Assembly: GCA_963815215.1 (NCBI GenBank)
Contig: CAWFFU010000001.1
Span: 1 to 42,629, forward strand
From: an uncultured Trueperaceae bacterium
Lineage (GTDB): Bacteria > Deinococcota > Deinococci > Deinococcales > Trueperaceae
Direction: 5' to 3'
DNA length: 42,629 nucleotides
Shown here: positions 29,840 through 37,412 of the stretch, piece after piece
How the letters are laid out: the number at the start of each line of letters is the position of its first letter
Numbering within the stretch: the stretch's first letter is position 1
Position numbers and translations under genes: made by a program
The notes under the pieces: model-generated
What the model saw: only the letters and a program-made list of their open reading frames with translations
What the model was told of the DNA's origin: nothing
Databases searched by the model: none

Positions 29840-31286
29840 CTAGCGTTCGCCGGTCCCCTCGAAGGCGACGCGCCGGCCGTCCACCCGGAAGACGTCCCCC
29901 TCGAGGCGCTCGATCCTCGGTTCGCTGCTGAGCCAGGCCGCCAGCGCCTCACGCTCGCCTTCGTCCAGCCAGGCGGGCGGGTCGGAGCAGCCCTTGAAGC
30001 CCGCCACCAGCCCCAGATCCTGCAGGGCATGTCGCTGCCCCGGCGTGAGCAGGTCGTAGCGCGAGCGGAAGAACGCCACGTCGGGGTCGGTGTGCACCAG
30101 CGGCTTCAGCCACAACCGCGCGACGCTGGTGACGATCGCGCCGCGCGCCGCGGGTCCGGTCGGGTCGTGGAGCAGCAGCCGGCGGTCCTCGTTGTCCCAG
30201 TAGGGGGCCGTGTCCGGACCGACGCGAAGGCCGTCGGCCAGGCCGAGCGACGCCAGCACCGGAGCGCCGCACGCCAGCAGGTAGGCGTCCTCCCCGCAGG
30301 CCTCGCGCACCAGCGCCAGCGCCTCGCGGTAGGCACGCTCGCGCCCCATCGGCCGGTGGCGCACGCCGGGCAGGGCGGCGGCGTACAGGAAGTCCAGCTT
30401 GAGAAGCTCGAAACCCCAGCCGCGGGTCCGCCGCACGGTCGCCTCGAGCCAGCCCTGTACCTCGGGGTGCGTGGTGTCGAGGGCGTAGAAGGGTCCGCCC
30501 CAGTTGTCGCCCGCCGGCACCGGCTCGCCGGCAGCGTCGCGCAGCAGCCACGCCGGGTGGTCGCGGACGAGGCCGCTGCCCGGCCGCGCGATGAACGGCG
30601 CGAGCCACAGCCCGGGGGTGAGCCCGGCGGCGCGGATGCGCATCGCCATGCTCCCCATGCCCGACGGAAAGGCGTCGTTGGGTTCCCAGTCGCCGATGGC
30701 CCGCTGCCAGCCGTCATCGATCTGGAAGGCGTCGAAGGCCAGGCCCCGCAGCCCGTCGAGGACCTCGAGCAGGGCGTTCTCGGAGATGTCGCGGTAGAAA
30801 CCGTACCAGCTCGACCACAAGCGAGGCGCGGCGGCGGCGGCGCGGCGCCCGAAGCGCTCGGCGAGCCGCTCGGCGTAGGCGCCGAACACCTCCGCCTCCG
30901 ACCCGAACGCCACGAACCAGTCCCCGGCGCCCTCCTCGTAGCCGCCCTCGAGGCCCTGCGCGTCCGCTTCGACGCGTGCGGCCAGCTCGAGCGCGCCGAG
31001 CAGCAGCACGCCGTCGGCCGTGGCGAGGGCGCCCACCCCACTGCCGCCGTGCCGGTCGTCCTGGGCGTAGCGGGGGTCGTCCCCCTGCGGGCGCCTGCGC
31101 CGGGGGCTCGATGGCGTGCACCGGCTCGCTGAGCTCGAGCCAGCGCGCCTCGCTCCAGCTCTGCCAGCCGTGCCGGTAGAAGCGGGTGGCGCCGCCGCCG
31201 GCCAGGACGATCCGCTCGGCGCGGAGCCGGAAGCCGCCCGGCACCGGCTCGGCTCCGGCCGGCAGCTCGGCCGGTCCGAGCCTCAA
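29840..31286 (-). pseudogene. GH36 alpha-galactosidase (Thermus type) with a frameshift near 31102-31106
   Basis: N-terminal MRLG...FYRHGWQSWS is in one frame. RPQGDDP...GSGVGAL, WSSWY, FQIDDGWQ, GLWLAPF, LKLDFLY, RVGPD and TDPDV are in another. One extra base lies at a G5 run. Confidence 0.85.
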
Positions 31287-31354
31287 GGGGACACGTCCCA
31301 CGCGGGCAGCTCGAGGGGCGCTAGGCGGCGCAGGACGGCGTCCAGGGAAGGCAT
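31283..31354 (-). CDS. Putative leaderless 23-aa upstream ORF coupled to the alpha-galactosidase
   Basis: TAGACT lies 6 nt before ATG 31354. MPSLDAVLRRLAPLELPAWDVSP-stop, with the TGA overlapping the TTG at 31286. Confidence 0.3.
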   Translation of the reverse strand: MPSLDAVLRRLAPLELPAWDVSP

Positions 31355-31665
31355 GCTCCCAGTCTACGGAGTCTTCCCAACTCGCATCGGTCCTCTGCCC
31401 CCCGGAGCGCCGGGGACCCTGGCCGCGCCCTGGCCGCGCCCCGACCGTCGAGTGTCGCGTCGTCGACCGTCGTGTAAAGGACCTAACCGCACCCCCCGGT
31501 CCGATGCGGTACCTTGCTCGCTGCCTCCCTCCGGGGAGGCTCCCCAATCGATGGCCGCGGTGGCGCTGCCCCGCGCTCATCACCCACACCCCCTTCCAGG
31601 GGATGGGAGCGCGCGGCGTCCCCCCACGCCGCGCGCTCCGATGCCTCGGGCCCAGCTTCATCGCC

Positions 31666-31725
31666 CCTGTCTACTCGGCGCCTGTCTACTCGCCCCCTGT
31701 CTACTCGCCCCCTGTCTACTCGCCC
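31666..31725 (+). repeat. 15-bp tandem repeat x4 upstream of the GGDEF-terpene synthase gene
   Basis: cctgtctactcggcg followed by cctgtctactcgccc x3. Confidence 0.9.
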
Positions 31726-31823
31726 CGTAATGCCTCGCGCCCGGGGCGCGTCCGGGCAGCCGCGCCTGCCCCACGGCCGGATACTTCCTGGTCGCCCTCG
31801 CGCGCAGACGGTAGAGTGCGGGT

Positions 31824-33986
31824 ATGAAGTCGGGAGCGGAGATGGGGGGCGGGGGCCCTTACACCGACCGGGAACCGGACGCCCCGGCTGTTGGGCGGGA
31901 CGCCCCCGCCGTCGTCCGCGTCAAGCGGAACTTCTACCTGTTCCTGTTGCCGCTGCTGGCGGCCGTGGTGCTGGTCACCGGGATCCTCGGCGCGCCCGGC
32001 TCCTTCGATCAGATCGTCCTGCCCGCCGTCAGCGCCGTGATGCTGCTGATGCTGCTGCCGGTGTACGGTCGCTGGCTCCCTCCGCGCTACATCGAGAGGG
32101 CGGTCTTCGGTCTCTTCGCGTTGCTGTACCTGAGCAAGCTGGCGATCAGCCTCTCCGAGGCCGAGAACCTCTACCAGATCTTCGTGTGGACGCCGCTGCT
32201 CTATGTGCTGGCGTTCCTGATGTTCGATCCAGGACCCGGACTCATCGCCTCTGTCATCGTGCTGGCCGTCTCGTCCGGTGTGGCGGTGACCGGCGCGCTG
32301 CTGACGGCGATCCCGGCCCGCAGTCTGTTCGAGTACTACCTCGCGAACGGACTGCTCGTCTCCATGGTCTACGGGCTCTCGCGCCTGAGGCGCGACGTCG
32401 CTTCGCTACAAACCCAGCTCGTGGGCATGCGGCAGCTCGCCCACGAGGACGTCCTTACCGGGTTGCCCAACCGCCGTGCGCTGGAGGCGATCCTCGACAG
32501 GGCCATCGCGCTGGCGGAGCGCCGGACCCAGGACGTGGGCGTCCTCCTGTTCGACCTCGATGACTTCAAGCGCGTCAACGACGAGCACGGCCACGATGCC
32601 GGCGACCAGGTGCTGCGCGGCGTAGCGCTTCGTGGCGAGAGCGTGCTGCGGCGCCCTGATGTCTTCGGCCGCTGGGGCGGGGAGGAGTTCCTGGTGATCA
32701 CCCCCGGGATCGACCTGCCCGGCGCCATGCGCGTGGGCGAGCGCCTTCGCGAGGCCCTCGCCTCCCACCCCTTCGGGGATACCGGGACGGTGACGGCGAG
32801 CTTCGGCGTGACGACCTACCACCCCGGCGACACCACCGAGACGCTCCTGAAGCGCGTCGACGACGCGCTCTACCTGGCCAAGCAGAGCGGCAAGGATCGG
32901 GTCGACGCCCTGGCGCGCGAGATGGTGGAGCACGTCGTCCTGCCGGCCCTCGCCCGACCCTTCCCGCCGGTCGAGCGCGACACCGAAGCGCTGCAGCGCA
33001 ACACGCTGGCGTGGTTGAAGGCCTTCGAGGTGGCGCCGCCCGAGACGCTCTACCGCTGGGTGGCCGCGGTCCAGCCCGGCTGGCTGGCCGGCCACATGCA
33101 CCACACCGATGACGCCGGCGCTCTTCAGATCGTGTCGGACTGGACCTTCTGGATGTTCCTGCACGACGACCACTGCGACACCAGCGCCGCCGGGCGCCAC
33201 CCCCGCTACCTGATCGACCTGCACCAACGCCTGCTCGGCGTGCTCGCCGGCGACGACCCACAGCCGCGCGACGGCGCACTGGCGGCGTTGCTGGCCGACC
33301 TGCGCACGCGCCTGGAGGCGGCCGCCGGCGCGGACGCCGTCCGGCACTTCGCCGACGCCACCGATCGCTACTTCGCTGCAACCCGCTGGGAGGCCGCCAA
33401 CCGTGCCAACGGCACCCCGCCCGACCTGGAGACGTACCAGCGCATGCGCCTGCTGACCAGCGGCCTGCAGGTGCACACCGTCCTGCTGCAAGCGCTGGAA
33501 GGCGTACCGACGTCCACCCACCCGCTGGCGAAGGCGCTCTATGCGTCGGCGGACCTCGCCGTGTGCTGGGCGAACGATATCTACTCGCTCAACAAGGAGG
33601 TCCAGGAGGCGGACATGCACAACCTGGTGATGGCCCTGCAATCGACCCACCACATGGGCCTCGACGCCGCGTTGGGGCGGGCCGCACGCATGCACGACGA
33701 GCAGGTCGCCGATTATCAGCGCTTGCGCTCGTCGGTCGACGCCCAGGACGGATCGGAGCGCACGCAGCTGCTGACGATCGCACGGGCGCTGGAGGCGCGC
33801 ATGGGGGCCAACGTGGCCTGGTCCGAGCGCTGCAGCCGGTACCGCGCCGCGGTGACGGTGCGGGTGTCCGCCGATACGTCCACAGACCCGTCAACAGACG
33901 CATCCACAGACGCATCCAAAGACGCATCCAAAGACGCATCCGCCGACCCCAAGGCCGCCGCATCAGCCACCGAGAGCGGCGCCTGA
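31824..33986 (+). CDS. Fusion protein: membrane sensor region + diguanylate cyclase (GGDEF) + class I terpene synthase
   Basis: About 5-6 TM helices, then EDVLTGLPNRR, DLDDFKRVND..GH..GD, RRPD I-site and GGEEF (32676-32690). After that: LHDDHCD (DDxxD, 33165-33179), YQRMR..TSG, NDIYSLNKE (NSE, 33573-33599), HNLV and WSERCSRY (33819-33842). TAGAGT lies 6 nt before the ATG. Confidence 0.9.
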   Translation: MKSGAEMGGGGPYTDREPDAPAVGRDAPAVVRVKRNFYLFLLPLLAAVVLVTGILGAPGSFDQIVLPAVSAVMLLMLLPVYGRWLPPRYIERAVFGLFALLYLSKLAISLSEAENLYQIFVWTPLLYVLAFLMFDPGPGLIASVIVLAVSSGVAVTGALLTAIPARSLFEYYLANGLLVSMVYGLSRLRRDVASLQTQLVGMRQLAHEDVLTGLPNRRALEAILDRAIALAERRTQDVGVLLFDLDDFKRVNDEHGHDAGDQVLRGVALRGESVLRRPDVFGRWGGEEFLVITPGIDLPGAMRVGERLREALASHPFGDTGTVTASFGVTTYHPGDTTETLLKRVDDALYLAKQSGKDRVDALAREMVEHVVLPALARPFPPVERDTEALQRNTLAWLKAFEVAPPETLYRWVAAVQPGWLAGHMHHTDDAGALQIVSDWTFWMFLHDDHCDTSAAGRHPRYLIDLHQRLLGVLAGDDPQPRDGALAALLADLRTRLEAAAGADAVRHFADATDRYFAATRWEAANRANGTPPDLETYQRMRLLTSGLQVHTVLLQALEGVPTSTHPLAKALYASADLAVCWANDIYSLNKEVQEADMHNLVMALQSTHHMGLDAALGRAARMHDEQVADYQRLRSSVDAQDGSERTQLLTIARALEARMGANVAWSERCSRYRAAVTVRVSADTSTDPSTDASTDASKDASKDASADPKAAASATESGA
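33873..33944 (+). repeat. 12-bp tandem repeat x6 encoding a D-x-S-x tail
   Basis: gatacgtccaca gacccgtcaaca gacgcatccaca gacgcatccaaa x2 gacgcatccgcc. Confidence 0.85.
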
Positions 33987-34112
33987 GCCCGCCTGCCGCC
34001 TCTGGATCCGGAAGACCGCACGCGGGCCGCCGAGTCGCACCGCCGAATCGCACCGCCAGACCGCACCGCCAGACCCGGCTCACGGAACCCAGGTCACGGA
34101 ACCCAGTCACAA

Positions 34113-34145
34113 GTGAGGGGGGCGCCCATCGGGCGCCCCCCTCAC
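34113..34145. terminator. Perfect 15-bp stem hairpin between convergent genes (likely bidirectional terminator)
   Basis: gtgaggggggcgccc-atc-gggcgcccccctcac. Confidence 0.75.
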
Positions 34146-34187
34146 GCTCCCGCCTCCGGCGGGGAGCCGTCGTGTCGGCGGCGTACG

Positions 34188-35714
34188 CTAGTTCGTCACC
34201 TTGAACGCGTAGCGGAAGTGGAACTTGTGGGGGTGATCCTGCCAGGTGAGGACGGCCTGCCGGTACAGGAAGGGCTGCTCGTCGACCGCGCTGTAGTCCT
34301 TGTTGCGGTAGAACGACGGGTACAGGTCGATGTAGTGCCAGCCCGGCGCCCAGCTCGCGGTGACGGGGACGACCACGTCGCCGTTGGTGCTGAAGCCGCA
34401 GCCGTACCCCAGGTAGACGTTGTCGATCACGACGGCGAAGATGTTGGTGGTCTGGGTCCAGCCCAGGCCCTTGACATGGATGGTGATCTTGGTCCCGACC
34501 GGTCCTTCGGTCGGCTGAAGCGGCAGCCCCACGACGCCGATGTCGAAGTGGGTGCTGGCGACCACCTTGTCGCCGACCATGGCCTGGAGCCGGTGCTCGC
34601 CGCCGAGGGCGTCGGGGTACTGGAACGGGAGGTCGAAGGCCCCGCTGGCGTCCGTCTTCACCGTCTTCACGGGCACGGTAGCCGCCGAGTAGGCCGACTC
34701 CGTCACGCGCGAGCCGCTCATGGTGGAGAAGGCGAGCGCCACGTCGCTGTTGGCGGGCAGGCCGCGTCCGTGGATCTGGGCGTCCGTGTAGACCCCCGCG
34801 GCCTTGGGATCGACCCAGAGCTTCGGCCCACTGCCGCTGGGCTCGGAGCCGGCGATCGGCGCCTGGCTCTGCTGCTCGATGGGCTTGGGCATCAGCGCCG
34901 GGCCGTCGGTCACCGTGAACATGAACTGCGGCTCGGGCAGGTAGCCGTAGGGCGAGGAGCCCAGAGCCAGGTAGGGCGCGTCGAAGGGCGCATCGCGAAG
35001 CTCGACGAGATGCTTGCCCACCCGTCCCGTCGCCGGGATCACGAAGTTGGCGGTGCCGTGCGTCTCGACGGCGGTGACGAAGCCGGTGATGGCGTTGTCG
35101 TAGGTGAGGGCGTACCACGAGATGTTGTTGATGGCGTCGACGCCGGTGATGCCCACGTGGATGTCGGTGCCCACGGGGCCGCTCTGCGGCGACATGGTGG
35201 CGTGCATCTCCACGTAGTAACCGGCCTTGTTGACGTTGTCGCCGTTCTCCTGGACGTAGATGTCATGGTTTCCGCCGAAGCCCTCGGGAACCGTGAAGGC
35301 GGCCGAGAACGCGCCGTCGGAGCCGACCGTGACCGTGGCGAGCGGAACGCTCCGCTGGTCGAAGGTGCGTCCCAGGAAGTTGCCGGTGTAGTCGCCGTTC
35401 TTCATCTCCAGCTTCCACTGGCCGTCGAAGGCGGCCCACACGACGCTGAGGCTGGCGCCCGGCTCGAAGCCCGAGCCACTCAGCGTCGCCTGCGATCCGA
35501 CGATGCCCTTGGCGGGGGTCACCTGGATCTCGCCCTTGATCCCGTTGGGGAAGGTGGCCTGACTGGTGGCCGCGTTGCCCTGCGCCGAGGCGCCGGCGAA
35601 CAGCATGCCTGCGGCCAGGAACAGCACCGTCCATACGGCGCGGGCGCCCAGGCGCGGTTCATGGATTCTCGTGTTCACGGTTTCCATCTCCATCTCGTAG
35701 ATCGTGTCCCTCAT
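34188..35714 (-). CDS. Secreted beta-rich protein with internal duplication (Ig-like repeats), function unknown
   Basis: Signal peptide ending ASAQ. Duplicated segments (GAFSAAFTVPEGFGGNH / GAFDLPFQYPDALGGEH; PQSGPVGTDIHV / PTEGPVGTKITI; YDNAITG / IDNVYLG). Start uncertain. Confidence 0.75.
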   Translation of the reverse strand: MRDTIYEMEMETVNTRIHEPRLGARAVWTVLFLAAGMLFAGASAQGNAATSQATFPNGIKGEIQVTPAKGIVGSQATLSGSGFEPGASLSVVWAAFDGQWKLEMKNGDYTGNFLGRTFDQRSVPLATVTVGSDGAFSAAFTVPEGFGGNHDIYVQENGDNVNKAGYYVEMHATMSPQSGPVGTDIHVGITGVDAINNISWYALTYDNAITGFVTAVETHGTANFVIPATGRVGKHLVELRDAPFDAPYLALGSSPYGYLPEPQFMFTVTDGPALMPKPIEQQSQAPIAGSEPSGSGPKLWVDPKAAGVYTDAQIHGRGLPANSDVALAFSTMSGSRVTESAYSAATVPVKTVKTDASGAFDLPFQYPDALGGEHRLQAMVGDKVVASTHFDIGVVGLPLQPTEGPVGTKITIHVKGLGWTQTTNIFAVVIDNVYLGYGCGFSTNGDVVVPVTASWAPGWHYIDLYPSFYRNKDYSAVDEQPFLYRQAVLTWQDHPHKFHFRYAFKVTN

Positions 35715-35838
35715 ATTCGTACATCCTCATCCAGATTTAGAGCATAGGACGGGCGCCCTCGCTGCCGCTCGTTGAGCAACATGCCTTGATTCGCGGTAGG
35801 GGGCGCCCGGGAGTTACGTGCCTCGGCTCAGCGGAGGG

Positions 35839-36411
35839 CTATCCGAGCATCCAGTACCACCAGCGGTGCTTCTCGTAGCGCCGCAGCAGGGAGTCGACCC
35901 CCCAGATGTGGCCCGCGCCCATCGACGCCAGCGCGAAGAACGCGAAGATGGCGATGATCTGGACGTCGAACCAGCCGCTGGTCGGCGGCAGGCAGGCGGT
36001 GTAGAAGCTGAGCATGATCAGCGTGCCGGCCAGTGCCGCGAGGCGAGTGAGGAAGCCGCTGACCATGGCGAGGCCGATGGCCCCCGTGCCCAGGATCAGC
36101 AGCCAGAGGACGAGCTGATTTCCCCACAACGCCGTGTAGACCTGCCCGATGGGGCCCTGGACGACCCCGGGCAGCAGGGCGCTGGCGCCGGTCCAACCGT
36201 CCCAGCCCCCGCGGAAGAGCTTGTACGCCACCTGCAACATGCTCAGGCCAAGCGCCATGCGCAGCGCGAAGAGGGCGAACTCGCCGATCGAGAGCTTGGC
36301 GCTCTGGCCGAGCTGCTCCTCGGGCCGGTCGAAGCGGGAGCCGCTCCGGTCGTGAGCGGCCCGCTCCTCGGCAGCGAGGCCGGACATCCGTTGACGATCC
36401 GGAGCGGCCAT
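35839..36411 (-). CDS. DoxX family membrane protein (DoxD/TQO small subunit-like)
   Basis: LRMALG, AIGLAMVSGFLTRLAALAG, GAGHIWGVD; about 4 TM. Confidence 0.8.
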   Translation of the reverse strand: MAAPDRQRMSGLAAEERAAHDRSGSRFDRPEEQLGQSAKLSIGEFALFALRMALGLSMLQVAYKLFRGGWDGWTGASALLPGVVQGPIGQVYTALWGNQLVLWLLILGTGAIGLAMVSGFLTRLAALAGTLIMLSFYTACLPPTSGWFDVQIIAIFAFFALASMGAGHIWGVDSLLRRYEKHRWWYWMLG

Positions 36412-36415
36412 CTCG

Positions 36416-36916
36416 TTACCTCTTCTCGACCGTGATCAGGGTCGGGTAGCCTTCGGCGGTGGGGTAGTCCTGGTTCATGGGCGTCCAGGTCACCGTGTTG
36501 CCGGAGCTGTCCGTGACGATGAGCTGGTACTTGAGCACGCCCGTCGGATACACGGGTGGGATGACCCAGCCGGCCGCCCACATCCACACCTTGGGATCAC
36601 CGCTGTGCGGGTGCTCACCGAGCGCGAGGTCGACGGTCTTGCCGTCTTCGAGCTTGGCCGTGACCTTCATGCCGAGCTGCTTGGCCTGGTCGGGCGTGAC
36701 CACTTCGCCGGTCGCGGTGCTGTACACCTTGGCCAGCCATACGACCTGCTCACCGGTCTTGAACGTCGAGATCAGCACGCAGCTGGGCCCGGCGGCGTTC
36801 TGGCTGCCGCGCACGACCTCGGCCTGCAGGTAGTAGGCCGGACCTGCCGCGAACGCCGTGCCGACGATCGCTGCGAACGCCAGGGCGGTGACGAGGAACT
36901 TGATCTTACGCATCAC
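36416..36916 (-). CDS. Secreted hypothetical protein (~165 aa)
   Basis: SD aggagg, signal peptide MRKIKFLVTALAFAAIVGTAFA, and CVL..F, GEHP, W..GW.IP..YPTG motifs. Confidence 0.8.
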   Translation of the reverse strand: MMRKIKFLVTALAFAAIVGTAFAAGPAYYLQAEVVRGSQNAAGPSCVLISTFKTGEQVVWLAKVYSTATGEVVTPDQAKQLGMKVTAKLEDGKTVDLALGEHPHSGDPKVWMWAAGWVIPPVYPTGVLKYQLIVTDSSGNTVTWTPMNQDYPTAEGYPTLITVEKR

Positions 36917-37030
36917 TGAATCGCCTCCTAATGAACTGAACGATCCCGCTCCACGGGAATCATCCCGGTCGATCATCCTCCCTCGGGAAGTTGCGAAGAC
37001 AGGGACAAACATACCGCCCGGGACGCAAGA

Positions 37031-37048
37031 CACCCCCACGGGGTATAC
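37031..37048. promoter_or_regulatory. CsoR/RcnR/CstR-type operator candidate
   Basis: Minus strand GTATACCCCGTGGGGGTG is a TAC-C-tract / G-tract pseudo-palindrome upstream of the three-gene operon. Confidence 0.45.
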
Positions 37049-37412
37049 GCTCTGCATCGGGTCTGTCGCGTTGGGAAGGGGCTTCCTGCAGACGCCTCGT
37101 GCGCCCCGGTGGAGCGGCGCGCGCACGCCGTGGTGCGGGAAGGATGGGTGTGGTTGACGGCCACGGGACGATTGACCCCCTTCAAGGATCCCGAGCGTGG
37201 AAGGACCACTCCGATGCTAGCGGACGGCGGGTCCCGCGGAGGGTAGCAAACTGCACGAAATCGGTCAGGATTCGTTCATCGACCCCTCATCTTCGGGGGT
37301 CTCATCGCCGCATCTCTCGGCTACCTTCGGCTGCCCGCGGCCCGTCCGCGGTTGCACCGCGGCCGACCCCGCCCGACGTCCCGGCGGGACCCGGCGCCGC
37401 CCCGTAAGCGGC

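Noticed and set aside
31666..31725. CRISPR array
   Set aside because: The 15-bp units are contiguous with no unique spacers, and there are no cas genes. The same applies to the other tandem arrays.
31824..36916. Terpene biosynthetic gene cluster including the DoxX operon
   Set aside because: The genes are convergent and separated by a terminator, there are no prenyltransferase or tailoring enzymes, and nothing in the sequence shows a functional link.
37000..37045. c-di-GMP-I riboswitch (GGGACAAAC...GGGACGCAAGA)
   Set aside because: There is no GNRA-capped P2 stem, and it is on the opposite strand to the downstream operon.
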